This document shows positions 13,975 through 24,600 of a stretch of 38,809 nucleotides of DNA, in pieces. The notes under the pieces are model-generated. The model was not told the DNA's origin, searched no databases, and saw only the letters and a list, made by a program, of their open reading frames with translations. This DNA is from an uncultured Clostridia bacterium (lineage in GTDB: Bacteria > Bacillota > Clostridia > Christensenellales > UBA1242). Each line of letters begins with the position of its first letter. Positions within the stretch are counted from its first letter, which is position 1. The DNA lies in the NCBI GenBank assembly GCA_947627585.1, contig CANQWP010000001.1, forward strand, positions 1-38,809, given 5' to 3'. Made by a program: the position numbers and the translations under genes.

Positions 13975-15180
13975 CTAAAAACCTCGTTTCACTGAGTAAA
14001 AAATTTCTTCAAGTTGTTTTTCAGTGAACAAAACCGGCACGGGATAGAGCGGATTTGCCTCTTTTTCGGCAGTTTTTGCAAGATTTGGAATGTCTTTTTC
14101 ATTGATTTCGGCAATTGTATTTCCAATTTCCATGTTTTTGTTCATGTTTGCAATCTTCTCAATGAAAAGTTTTGCTCCAACATCAATTGGAGTTGATTTA
14201 TCAAAAAGTCCAGCAAAAACGCCCATTTTCCAAAGTTTTTTATGGATTTTCTTTCCATATTTTTTCAAAACGTATGGCAAAATTACAGCGTTTGCATAGC
14301 CATGTGCCACGTTATATTTCCCGCCCAAAGAATGTGCAATTGCATGAACATATCCAACATAACTTTTTGTGAAGGCGAGTCCGGCAAGATATGCCGCATG
14401 AAGCATTTTTGCCCGTGCAACATGGTTTGCGCCGTCCTCAAATGCCGCTTCCAAGTTTTCAAAAATAAGCTTTGTTGCCAAAAGAGCATCTGCGCGAGTG
14501 CTTTTTGTGGTGCTTCTGCCAATGTAGGCCTCCACGGCGTGCGTAAGCGCGTCCATTCCTGTTGTTGATGTGATGCGCTTTGGCAATCCAGTTGTGAGGT
14601 TTGCATCAAGAAGTGCAAAACTTGGAATCAACGGGAAATCGTTTATGGCGTATTTATGCCGCGTCTCGCTGTCTGTAATGACGGCTGCCAAAGTTGTTTC
14701 GCTTCCCGTGCCGGCCGTGGTCGGGACTGCAACAAGCAGTGGAATTTTCTTTCGAACTTTCAAAATCCCTTTCATTTGTTGCAAAGACTTTTTTGGCTGG
14801 ACTGCTCTTGCGCCAACTGCCTTTGCGCAGTCCATCACTGACCCACCGCCAAATGCCACAAGGCAGTCACATTGATTTTTCAAAAAAATCTCGAGCGCTT
14901 GTTCAACATTTGCCGTTGTCGGATTTGCCACCGTCTCGTCAAAAACACAAAGGTCCAGTCCTGCACCCGAAAGCGATTCTTCAAGCCCTTTTGTGAGCCC
15001 CAATCCTCGAACACCTTTGTCCGTGACAAGCAAAACGCTCTTTTTGTTGTTGTCTTTCAGGATCTTCACAAGCTCCGCATAGTCTTTCAAAATCTTTGGC
15101 TCTCTGTAAGGCAAAATTGGAAGAATTGCTCTCATGCAAATTTGATAAGCTCTGCAATATGCTTTTTTAAAAATGTTCAA
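13975..15180 (-). CDS. iron-containing (group III) alcohol dehydrogenase (401 aa)
   Basis: GGGSVMDCAKA and HAIAHSLGGKYNVAHG metal/NAD motifs. I trim the track ORF (15285) to TTG 15180-15178, which lies 5 nt after the GGAGGG RBS. The trimmed N-terminus (M)NIFKKAYCRAYQICMRAILPILPYREP looks like that of Fe-ADH homologues. Confidence 0.85.
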   Translation of the reverse strand: MNIFKKAYCRAYQICMRAILPILPYREPKILKDYAELVKILKDNNKKSVLLVTDKGVRGLGLTKGLEESLSGAGLDLCVFDETVANPTTANVEQALEIFLKNQCDCLVAFGGGSVMDCAKAVGARAVQPKKSLQQMKGILKVRKKIPLLVAVPTTAGTGSETTLAAVITDSETRHKYAINDFPLIPSFALLDANLTTGLPKRITSTTGMDALTHAVEAYIGRSTTKSTRADALLATKLIFENLEAAFEDGANHVARAKMLHAAYLAGLAFTKSYVGYVHAIAHSLGGKYNVAHGYANAVILPYVLKKYGKKIHKKLWKMGVFAGLFDKSTPIDVGAKLFIEKIANMNKNMEIGNTIAEINEKDIPNLAKTAEKEANPLYPVPVLFTEKQLEEIFYSVKRGF

Positions 15181-15278
15181 GTTGCCCTCCTGCTTTTGAT
15201 AGCATGATTTTAAACTTTTGAAATCTTTTATGTCAAATCTTTTTACACATGTTGCAATGCAAGTCTGAAAGAAAGGTC

Positions 15279-15307
15279 TTGACAAAAGAAGGAAAACATG
15301 CTAAAAT
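15279..15307 (+). promoter_or_regulatory. consensus promoter of the Lys-rich membrane protein gene
   Basis: TTGACA(15279-15284), a 17-nt spacer, then TGC-TAAAAT(15302-15307). It is nearly identical in shape to the tRNA-Ala promoter. Confidence 0.7.
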
Positions 15308-15315
15308 GTCCTTGT

Positions 15316-16434
15316 ATGAAAAAAGAACGCGCAAAAAAACAAAATCAAAAAGAGGAATTTGAAGTCGTTTTGAATGACAAAAACGCAAATTCTTTTTTGC
15401 CGCAAAACAAATATGCAAAAAAAGAAGCAAAAAAGGTCGAAAAAAAAGCAAAACATGTCATAAAAGAAAGGACCCCCAAAAAGATCCTCAAAGAAATGAA
15501 GAAAAAGACTCGGGCGCCAAAAAAATCTGTTACCGTTTTGAAATGGGCTTCCGTTGCTCTGGCAGGCGCTCTTTTTGGATATTTGGCATCAAACGCAATC
15601 CGTGCGGACAATTATAACAGCAGTCCGTTGACAACAAATCCTCACACAACCAATGATGTTTTTGACAAAAACGACAACAACATTGAAGTTGGGGATGACG
15701 ATCAGATTGTTTTTGACAAAATGACAGAACAGGAAAAAACCGTCCTTGCGCAAGCATTTGGAAATCTTCTTTTGCAAGATGCAAACTCTCGAAGCAATTT
15801 TGAAATTGAAAAAATCAAAGATGTTCTTTCTGTGTCGTTGTTGCCGTGCAATTTGGATGACAAAACAAACGAACTTGACAAATATTTCCTTTCGATTCTT
15901 TTCAGTGACGACAAAAACACATATGCTTTGAACTATTTGACAGGAAAAGATTTTGAGAGCACAAGCGAGCTGTCAAAAGATCGTTTTGCCGATTTCATAA
16001 ATTTTCTCAGCAAAGAGTGTGCGCTTGACTCATGTTCTGTCATGAGTGAAAAAGGAGAGACGTTGAAAGGCCTTTTGAATGACGACCCTGTTTTGTTTGT
16101 TGGTGACCCTTATTTTGGCTATATTGAAGGTGGGGATGAACATTATTTTGTGCCAATCTATCAAAAAGACGGCAAAGGCTTTGTTTATCATGCCTGGGCT
16201 TCGCCGTTGGACTCCTATGGACTTGACCCAATGGACGTGCTTTGCGAAGAAGTACAAAGTGATTCATCTTCCAAAACTTTTGCCACGATGGAATTCACGC
16301 CGAGCGAATCTCTCCAAAAAATTATGAAAATTTTTCACGAACAGATTTTGAGCGAAAAATCAAACTCAGAAAAACAAGCCTCAGAAAAACAAGCCTCAGA
16401 AAAACAAGCTGCCGATTTGGAAAAAAGTAAATAA
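15316..16434 (+). CDS. membrane-anchored protein with Lys-rich N-terminus (about 372 aa; start uncertain)
   Basis: The track ORF begins at 15298, but that ATG lies inside the promoter spacer/-10 region. The next in-frame ATG (15316) sits ~8 nt after the -10 and has no RBS, so the mRNA may be leaderless. There is a K-rich cytoplasmic head, one TM (WASVALAGALFGYLASNAI), an extracellular domain, and a C-terminal SEKQA x3. Confidence 0.6.
   Translation: MKKERAKKQNQKEEFEVVLNDKNANSFLPQNKYAKKEAKKVEKKAKHVIKERTPKKILKEMKKKTRAPKKSVTVLKWASVALAGALFGYLASNAIRADNYNSSPLTTNPHTTNDVFDKNDNNIEVGDDDQIVFDKMTEQEKTVLAQAFGNLLLQDANSRSNFEIEKIKDVLSVSLLPCNLDDKTNELDKYFLSILFSDDKNTYALNYLTGKDFESTSELSKDRFADFINFLSKECALDSCSVMSEKGETLKGLLNDDPVLFVGDPYFGYIEGGDEHYFVPIYQKDGKGFVYHAWASPLDSYGLDPMDVLCEEVQSDSSSKTFATMEFTPSESLQKIMKIFHEQILSEKSNSEKQASEKQASEKQAADLEKSK
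16366..16410 (+). repeat. 3 x 15-bp in-frame tandem repeat (SEKQA)3
   Basis: TCAGAAAAACAAGCC occurs at 16366-16380 and 16381-16395, and TCAGAAAAACAAGCT at 16396-16410. Confidence 0.95.
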
Positions 16435-16435
16435 T

Positions 16436-16467
16436 AAAAAAGCTCTTAAAACAAGAGCTTTTTTTTA
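16436..16467. terminator. bidirectional terminator between convergent genes
   Basis: Stem AGCTCTT(16441-16447)/AAGAGCT(16453-16459), A-run upstream and T8 downstream. Confidence 0.8.
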
Positions 16468-16469
16468 AT

Positions 16470-19400
16470 TTAATAATTCTTTAAAATTTTCTTTCGCTTT
16501 TTCATTTTTATCACCGTGATTGCCAAAGCAAAAACGCACAATGCCGAAATCACAAACACCGAAACAATCACCGCGTAATCAACCCATGCCTCGTCGTCGA
16601 TTGCAATATAAAATTCCCCAAGAGACAATGCTGAAATTATGATTTGACCGTTTGCATCTTTTTCGCTTTCAAGAAGTTCAAATGTACCGTCTTCCAGTTG
16701 TTTATAAATATATATGTTATTTTTGTCATAAATGGATTTTGGCAAATTTATTTTGATTGTAAACAAACTGTTTGTGCTGACCTCGTGAGAGCCGTTTTCA
16801 AGCCATATGCGATATTTAAGCAAAAGTCGCTGATTATGGATTTTTTTCAAGCCATCAAGGCTTTCTTTGGAATAATTAAGCACATAGTTGTCATACAAAA
16901 CCGGGTCTTTTGCAGAAACGCTGACATCTTCTTTTTCAATCTTGCCCAAAGTTATGTCGCCATAAAGGACTTCGGGCAAAATCAAATTATAGTTGTCTTT
17001 TTTCTCCCCTGAAAGAGAGATGTCGTGAACATGAACAGGAATGTTTTTGCCAACTTGTGAACTCTCAAATTCCGCACTGTTGTTTTTGTCATACAAAGGA
17101 TAAATTTCATCAATTGTTCCGGAAATGTATGGGTTTTTGAGCCAAGCACGCGTTGTGCCGTCATAAATTTTGTCATAGATTCCAGAAATTAAGTATACAT
17201 CTTTTTTCAAAATTTCAAGCTGCGCCGGAAGAAGCGTGATTTCATAATTGGAATTATAAATGCTGTTGACAAGATTATATTTCCCAACATCTTCGCCGGC
17301 TTCTCGCGTGATGATGCCATAAAGCTTGTCACCCTCCAGAAGATTTCCTTCAACAATTTCAAAATCAAAAGATGGGTCGCTTTGGCCGTATGTTTTTTCG
17401 TAGTTCTCACTTTGGATTGTAAGCTTCAGCGGACGGATTGTCACCTCGCCTTTGATGTAGGTGATGTTGTAATTCCTGTTTATTTTAAGCTTGCTTATGA
17501 TGTCATATGCACCAACCGAATTTCCCTTAACTCTTTGCAACGAGCCTTGGATTAAGTCACCATCCAAAAGTGTTCCGGAAACAATTTGATATGAAAGTTC
17601 TGGCTCAGTGTCTCCATACACAATTTCAACACTGTTTGCTTTCAGTGTGATTTCGCGTGGAAGTATCGTGAAATAATGTTCGCCAAAAACAATTTCGTAA
17701 TTTGGATTTTCAAGTGTTGAGTGAATTCTGTATTTTCCGGTGCTTTCTCTTTCAATTTTGTCTTTGTCTCTGAAAAGTCCGCCTTCAAGAACGTCTTGCC
17801 CCACAAGTTCGCCAACAAGTTGATATTCAATTTCAACATCTTCTTCGCCATATTGTTTTGAAAGCGTGATTGGCACAACTTCCACAATTTTTTTCTCAAT
17901 TTCAAAATTCTTGCTTATAAAATCAAAAGAATAGTTTTCGCTGAGATGAATGTCTCCTTGCAAAATTGCATAAAAACCGACATTTTCTCCTTCTTTTCTT
18001 GAAAGTTTACCTTCAACTTTGTCGCCAAACACCAGCCCTTCAGCAGAAACTTCAAAAGAAAACTCTGGATCGGCATCCCCATATGTCTTTTTGCTTTCAA
18101 TCGCCGTGATTGTGATGTGCCTTTTGATGATTTCAAAACTGCCGCTTTCAAAAGTGAGAACATAGTTTTTCCCAAAAGAGAAGTCCCCGCGATCGATGGA
18201 ATATGTCCCAACATTTTCGCCTTCTTCTCTTGAAAGCTCTCCTTGGGCAATATCTTCCAATCGATCGTTGTTTTTCAAGAATCCTTTTGTGATTGTGACA
18301 CTCAAAGACGGGTCTTCGTCACCATATATCTTCACTTTTTTGTCAGCCTTCACCGAAACTTCGCATGGCGTAATGGTCAAAAATGCTCCGTCCGCGAATT
18401 CAATGGCATATCTTGCATCGTTTGTTGTCCCACAAAGAAGTCTATATTCCCCCACATCTTCGCCATATTCACGAATGATATGAACGCTCAGCTTTTCTCC
18501 TTCAACCTCATTTTCGACAGAATATTCAAAAACAGGATCGTCTTCTCCATATGTTTTTGTTGAGTTTTTGCCTGTGACAACAACCGGCCTTTTCAAGATT
18601 ATGAAGTTTGTGTCGCCACTTGTTTTGAAGACATAGTTTGCGCTTGTTGAAATATGCTCAACATCATATGCATACACGCCAACAGCTTCGCCTGCTTGAC
18701 GTTCAATTTTGCCGTCAATCACTTCTTCGACTTTGTCGTCAAAACATAATTTGTCAACAATATCAAATTTGATTGTTGGATCTTCATCTCCAAAATATTT
18801 TGTTTGATTTTCCACAAAGATGCTGATTTCTCGTGGCAGAATTTCAAAACTGGATTCCACCAAATTGATGTCATAGTTCGGATTTTTGATTGCATAAGTT
18901 TCGTTTAAACGATATGCATAGCTTCCAACATTTTCGCCTTCTTGACGTGCAATTTCCAGATCAAGAGATTCGCCTTCCACAACTCTGTTTGCAGCAAATG
19001 TGAAAATTGGGTCTTGGTCTCCATATGTTTTGCTTGATGTGTCCACAAAAATGTTGACTTTGCGTTTTGAGATCTCAATTTCAGAATTAAAGTATTGATA
19101 TTTGAAGCAATAGTTCGACATTTCCTCACACGAAATTTGATAATCTTCCACACTCACTTTTGCTTTGCCGCAATCCTTGCTTTCCAGCAGAGCGTTTATT
19201 TTAAGCAAAAATTCGGCTTCTTTAATGTTGTTGAAAAATTCAACTTCGTGCTCCACATTTGTCGTTCCGTCATATTCTTTATCCAAAAAGTGAACAAGGA
19301 TGGTGATTTCTCTTGGAGTGATTTCAAGAACGTTTTCGGTGAAAACTATGTTATAGTTTGAATTGTTTAAAGTCCCCTTCAAAATTTTGTAACTTCTGAC

Positions 19401-21608
19401 ATCTTCGCCCTGTTCACGTTCAAGGCTTCCAAAAATTTCATCTCCGTCAACAAGGTTTGAGACAGAAAATGTCAGCGACGGATCTTTGTCTCCAAAAGTT
19501 TTGCTTTTTCGTTCGGCCTTCACGAAAGCGTCTCGTGGAACAATTGTGCAAATGGCACTTTCAAAACTTATGATATAGTTTGGATTTGAAAGGTTTTCTT
19601 GTTCAATCAAATGCTGACCAACATATTTGCTGTCAATCTTAAGTGAACCGGTCAAAACATCTCCTTCAAAAAGATCGCAGTCATATTCAAGCAAAATTTC
19701 TTCGCCGTATGTGAATGTGCATTCTTTCGCCTTGACAGTGATTGGTTTTGGATCGATGTTTCCAAAAATTGGCTGAACATATTCTTCCAAAACATAATTT
19801 TTGCTGTCGCTGCCATAAAGTTCTGCTTGCGTGATTTTGACATCAATTCCCTTGCCGGCATCTTTTGAGACAAACTCCCCTGAGAGAGAAACTTTGACAT
19901 CTTCGTTGTTGAAAATGTTTCTCAGTCCGGCATTTATTGTCGCTTCGCGCGTTGCATCATATTCCTTTTCTTCAACGGTGACATTCTCAAGACTGAGTTT
20001 TCTTGGTGTGATTTCAAACTGTGCGCTTGAGCTGTCAATAACAATGTTATAATTTGGATTTTTCTCTTCCAAATTTCCACTTGTGATGGCATATTTTCCA
20101 ATCTTTTCGCCTGCTTCTCTGCCAAGATTGCCCGAAAGTTGTTCTCCTTGAACAAGATTGTCGGCCTCATATTCAATCGACGAGTCAGCGTAGCCATATT
20201 CTTTTTTCGTGTCTTTTGCAACAACTTTTGCATCTCTTTTCAAAATTTCGCCATATGAATTTGGCAAATTCTGAGATTTGAGGGCATAAATTTCTGCATT
20301 TTTGCCTGTCAAAACAAGTTCCTCATATGATACATTTATCAATTTATGCTCCCCTGCATTTGGATCGCGATATGAAAGGGAAATTCCTTCCAACCCCAGC
20401 TGGTGACCTTCTTCAAGCCCGTCAAATTTCACAGATGCTGTGCTTTCATCAATGTCCACTGTGCCGTCATATACACGGCTTTGAACTTCAATGCCAGAAA
20501 TTGTTATGTTTTTTCTGAACTTGGCAAAAACGTATTTCCCGGCGCTTGTGACAAGCCTTCTGTTTTTTGAAACGTAACTTCCGTCAACATACCATCCCAA
20601 AAATTCAAAGTCTTGCTTTGGTGTCACGTTGAGGGTGATTGGTTTCCCAAAAAGATATGTGCCCGTTCCAAAAAAGTTTGCAGGATCAAAAAAGTCAGAA
20701 TCCACTTCCACGTCCACATAAATTTCTTCTGGATTTGCAATTGTGAATGTCACATAGTTTGTGGAATATATCTTTTGAGTGGAATAGGAGTTTTGATTGC
20801 AGAAAACTCGGAACGTGATTGGCTCCCCGCTTGGAGCATCTTGTTTGATGACAAAGTTGCTGCCAACGATGTTCACATATTCAGAGCCAGAAACAAACTC
20901 ATAGTGAATTTCGTGGTTGATTTTTGAGAAACTGATAAAGTTTCCATTTGAGCCCGATATTTTTGTGACTTCGTTATATGCGTTCACTTTGACAGTTTGC
21001 CCAGGAGCAACCTTTTGATTTTCACAATCAAGTGTGACGCTGTCAATAATGGTGTAAAGATGAATTGTCGGGACGTCAATGACAAATTCATTTTCTCCTC
21101 TTGGCGAAGATGTTTCAAAAGAGAATCTAATGTTTTGTTCAAAGTCTTCAATTTTAAGCAAATCCGTCTCAACATTTCCGCCGCTTGAGCTGACCTCTTT
21201 AAATTTGTCGCCAGAAGAAATTTTGATTGTCACTTTTGTGTTTTTTTCTGTTTGAATTGAAGCTGTTGCTTTTGCAAAAAGCAAGCCTTTCTCGATAAAC
21301 GGCTGCATGTCCGGTGTTGGACACAACTCGCTCCAACCCGAGCTTGTCCCGGATCCATCATCAACAATGGAATAATATTCTCCACCATTTTCTGTTGTTT
21401 TGGCATTCACAAAGGTGTCATTTTTGCTGTCATCTTTGAAAAAATGTTCTGGACTTGTGCCTGCAAGACCTGTGAGAACATATCTGTTTCCGGCCACACC
21501 ATCAATCGATGCTGCGCTTGCAATTTGGAAATTTGGCATAGGGAAAAACATGCAGGCAAAAACCAGCATAATCAAAACTATGAACATTTTGTTAAACAGT
21601 TTTTTCAT
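16470..21608 (-). CDS. giant surface protein with MBG (YGX-type) and YDG repeats and a C-terminal TM anchor (1712 aa)
   Basis: ATG at 21608 follows a GGGAGGGG RBS. The signal peptide ends ...IASA/AS. FEFLGWYVDGSYVS is a Listeria-Bacteroides-type repeat motif. By manual count there are ~11 units of K-x-YG-x-xDP...G-x-L-x-R-x-x-GE-x-VG-x-Y-x-I...NYNI....F-x-I-x-PR and ~4 YDGT-type units. The C-terminus is a TM (YAVIVSVFVISALCVFALAITVI) followed by KMKKRKK. There is no LPXTG. Confidence 0.85.
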   Translation of the reverse strand: MKKLFNKMFIVLIMLVFACMFFPMPNFQIASAASIDGVAGNRYVLTGLAGTSPEHFFKDDSKNDTFVNAKTTENGGEYYSIVDDGSGTSSGWSELCPTPDMQPFIEKGLLFAKATASIQTEKNTKVTIKISSGDKFKEVSSSGGNVETDLLKIEDFEQNIRFSFETSSPRGENEFVIDVPTIHLYTIIDSVTLDCENQKVAPGQTVKVNAYNEVTKISGSNGNFISFSKINHEIHYEFVSGSEYVNIVGSNFVIKQDAPSGEPITFRVFCNQNSYSTQKIYSTNYVTFTIANPEEIYVDVEVDSDFFDPANFFGTGTYLFGKPITLNVTPKQDFEFLGWYVDGSYVSKNRRLVTSAGKYVFAKFRKNITISGIEVQSRVYDGTVDIDESTASVKFDGLEEGHQLGLEGISLSYRDPNAGEHKLINVSYEELVLTGKNAEIYALKSQNLPNSYGEILKRDAKVVAKDTKKEYGYADSSIEYEADNLVQGEQLSGNLGREAGEKIGKYAITSGNLEEKNPNYNIVIDSSSAQFEITPRKLSLENVTVEEKEYDATREATINAGLRNIFNNEDVKVSLSGEFVSKDAGKGIDVKITQAELYGSDSKNYVLEEYVQPIFGNIDPKPITVKAKECTFTYGEEILLEYDCDLFEGDVLTGSLKIDSKYVGQHLIEQENLSNPNYIISFESAICTIVPRDAFVKAERKSKTFGDKDPSLTFSVSNLVDGDEIFGSLEREQGEDVRSYKILKGTLNNSNYNIVFTENVLEITPREITILVHFLDKEYDGTTNVEHEVEFFNNIKEAEFLLKINALLESKDCGKAKVSVEDYQISCEEMSNYCFKYQYFNSEIEISKRKVNIFVDTSSKTYGDQDPIFTFAANRVVEGESLDLEIARQEGENVGSYAYRLNETYAIKNPNYDINLVESSFEILPREISIFVENQTKYFGDEDPTIKFDIVDKLCFDDKVEEVIDGKIERQAGEAVGVYAYDVEHISTSANYVFKTSGDTNFIILKRPVVVTGKNSTKTYGEDDPVFEYSVENEVEGEKLSVHIIREYGEDVGEYRLLCGTTNDARYAIEFADGAFLTITPCEVSVKADKKVKIYGDEDPSLSVTITKGFLKNNDRLEDIAQGELSREEGENVGTYSIDRGDFSFGKNYVLTFESGSFEIIKRHITITAIESKKTYGDADPEFSFEVSAEGLVFGDKVEGKLSRKEGENVGFYAILQGDIHLSENYSFDFISKNFEIEKKIVEVVPITLSKQYGEEDVEIEYQLVGELVGQDVLEGGLFRDKDKIERESTGKYRIHSTLENPNYEIVFGEHYFTILPREITLKANSVEIVYGDTEPELSYQIVSGTLLDGDLIQGSLQRVKGNSVGAYDIISKLKINRNYNITYIKGEVTIRPLKLTIQSENYEKTYGQSDPSFDFEIVEGNLLEGDKLYGIITREAGEDVGKYNLVNSIYNSNYEITLLPAQLEILKKDVYLISGIYDKIYDGTTRAWLKNPYISGTIDEIYPLYDKNNSAEFESSQVGKNIPVHVHDISLSGEKKDNYNLILPEVLYGDITLGKIEKEDVSVSAKDPVLYDNYVLNYSKESLDGLKKIHNQRLLLKYRIWLENGSHEVSTNSLFTIKINLPKSIYDKNNIYIYKQLEDGTFELLESEKDANGQIIISALSLGEFYIAIDDEAWVDYAVIVSVFVISALCVFALAITVIKMKKRKKILKNY

Positions 21609-21626
21609 GTTTCCCCTCCCTTTGTC

Positions 21627-24600
21627 TTAAAATCTGCAAGGCCTTTTGATTGTTCTCAGTGAGCCGTCATCAACATATGATTGCCCAGGCAAAATAAATG
21701 GTTTTGCCGCCGAAATTGAAAGAATTGAGCATTCCACTGGGACCACAATCCCAAGATTCACCGCTCCAACAATATCCCAGTTTGAATATGCGCAATTTGG
21801 ATTGAGCTTTGATTTTTCAATTCTGCCATGCGATTTGTAATTAAGACCCGGAATGTCCGCCTTAAGTTTGAAAATTCCGCAGTTATAATAGGTTTTTCCA
21901 TTTTGTGTATAGGCATAATTCGTGCCCTGTCTCAAAACGATTTCTCTCACTTGTTTAAGGACTTCGTCCGAAACGAATGAAACTCCTGCATCGCGCAAAA
22001 CGGTTTCAAGGTCAACACCTTGTTGAATTTGTTCCAATGTGGACCAGTTATAGAATCTCACTTCACCTTCAAGTGTGACAACGCTGTCTTCTTCATTTTG
22101 GAATAAAACCAACTTGAAGAAAATCCCACAAAAGCCTGATGTAAAGATGCTGTCCTTGACTTTGATGTGGCAAACAACTTGTTCGCTTCTTTCAACTTTG
22201 ATGCCATACAAAAGACAGTTGCGGAAAATGCACCCTTCAATGTCCACGCTTGCGCTCAAAACTTGCATCGATGTGGCAGCATTTTCAAAGATTGAATTAT
22301 AAAGAAGAACGTTTGAGCAGTTTTGAACTGTCAATGTGTTTCCAGAATCCTTAAGCTCTGCGCCACTTGTGAACGAAACCCCTCTCAAAACCACATTGTC
22401 CAAAACGATGTTGTCGCGTTTTATCAAAAAGTGGATCCAAGAATTTCCAATTTGTGAGTGGTCAAGCATTTTTCCGTTTCCATAAATGTTGTAATTAATT
22501 TCCACAATGGCAAATTCTTTTTCGATTGCAATGTTGTTGTGCAGAACCATCGCTGCAAAACTATCTTTTCGTTGTGCGTTAAGTTTCGTCAACTCTTGAT
22601 TTGCAAGTTTAAATTGATCATATGTGTTGACATTGACGCCCTCAACCACAACAAATTCATAACTGTCGCCAACAACAACTGCCCCGTCATATGGGGATTT
22701 TTGTTGAACCGAAATCACAACCCTTCCTGTGCCGACAAATGTGACAACGCCGTTTTGGTCCACCGTTGCAATGCCCTCGTCGCTCGACTTCCATTCAAGA
22801 AGGTCTTTTGAAACTCCGTCTGGCCTCAATGCAACATTCATTGCAAAGGTTTTTACGATTGTGTTCTTTTCGTCAAAGAAACTGTTTCCAAAAACTCTGT
22901 ATCCTCCAAGTCCATCGTTGTCGCCCGAGTTGTCAAGTTCAAGTTTTATGTCGGTGATCTTGTCAAAAATGTTAAATTCTTTTGTGACAGAGATGTCTTT
23001 GCCCACAACTTTTGCAGTGACGTTCACTTTTCCGCTTGCTTTTCCAATCAAGCGATATCCCTCACCCATTTTGATGAGGTCGGCAAAAGCAGCTTCGTCT
23101 TTGCCTAAGCTCATTGTAAATTCAAAGTCCTCTGCATCAATCGGCACGCCAAAAATCATCAAATCCACGTGCTCGCCGGCATACATGTTTTCACGCGTTT
23201 GATTGAATTTGATGGCTTGAAGATCTTTTGTGTAAACAATTTTCACAACAACAAAAACTGAAGGGTTATCGGCGACGCTGACAACAATTTCGCATTCTCC
23301 AAATCGGCTGAATGTCACGTTTCCGGTTTGAGACACGGTTGCAACGCCTTCGTTTCGAGATTCAAAATGGAGCGAATTTTGATGAGAATCGCTTTCTCGA
23401 ACGTTGGCCAAAATTGTGTAATGAGGGTCAGAAACAAAGACTTCGCTGTCTCCATCAAGTTCAATTGCGGTCGCATTTCGAAGCACAATCAACGTCAAGT
23501 TCTCAAGCTTGAATCCGTTCGCATAAAGCGTGAATGAATATGTCCCGCCATTCAAAGCATAGATCATTCCGTTTTCAAAGTTTGCAACTGGCTTTTGCGA
23601 ATCGTTTCGAGATTCTGATGTGTTTGAAATTGAAAATTCAACATTTTCAATGTCGCTTGGAAGCGCTTTTTTGAGTTTAAACTCAAAGCTCTCTCCGGCG
23701 TTGAGTCTAATTGTGTTGTTTTGAATTTCTGATGTGTCAAGTTGAGCTTCAAAAAGTTCGTTCCCGACATAGAAGAAACTGTAGGTTTTTGATTTCTCCA
23801 AATTTGATGTATCTTTGCATTTGAAAGTGATGGAAACTCTTCCTTTTTGCAGGAACTTGATCGTGTTGCCCTCAATGCGCGCAATGTTAGGGGCGGAAAC
23901 TTCATATGCATAATCTTTGACTTTTGCGTCGTTTGGCTGATATACAATTTCAAATGTCAACTCTGTTCTGCTTGTGATGAACGTGCTTGAATTTTGATAT
24001 GTGTCAAGCTTTTGTCCAAATTTCACGTCAACAGAATCCAGTGGGCTGTAAACTGAAACTTTGCAATCGGCAAAGACCTCGTTTCCGTTGAAATCAAAAG
24101 CAAATGCCCTCACAATCGCTTCGCCGCTGCAAAGCGCCGTAATTTGACCGTCCGCCGACAGGTTTATCACCTGAGAACTTCCGTCATAAGCAGTTTGAGA
24201 AAGAATCTTAAACTGAACGGAATTTTCTTTTGCGTCAGTTGGATATTTGTCCGCAAACAATTTGAAAATGTCACCTTTTGTCAGCGAAAGTTCTTGCGAG
24301 TTAAGCTCAATCCTTCCCAAATAGCCCATTGTGCTTGTGACACGGACAACTTTTTCAATTCCGCTTCCATCAGTTGTTCTGACAAACACTGTCGCCGTTC
24401 CCGGTTTGATGAAATGGAGAATGTTTCCAGAAATTTGTGCGATGTCCGTGTTTTGAAGAATGAACTCCAAAATGTTGTTTGTCGCATTTTTTGGCACAGC
24501 AACAGCCTCAATTGTGTAGGTGTCGCTTGCCGTCAAAACATTCTCTTCAACTTGAATGTCAGAGACCTTGTTGACGCAAATGATTTCGACCTCTTTGACA

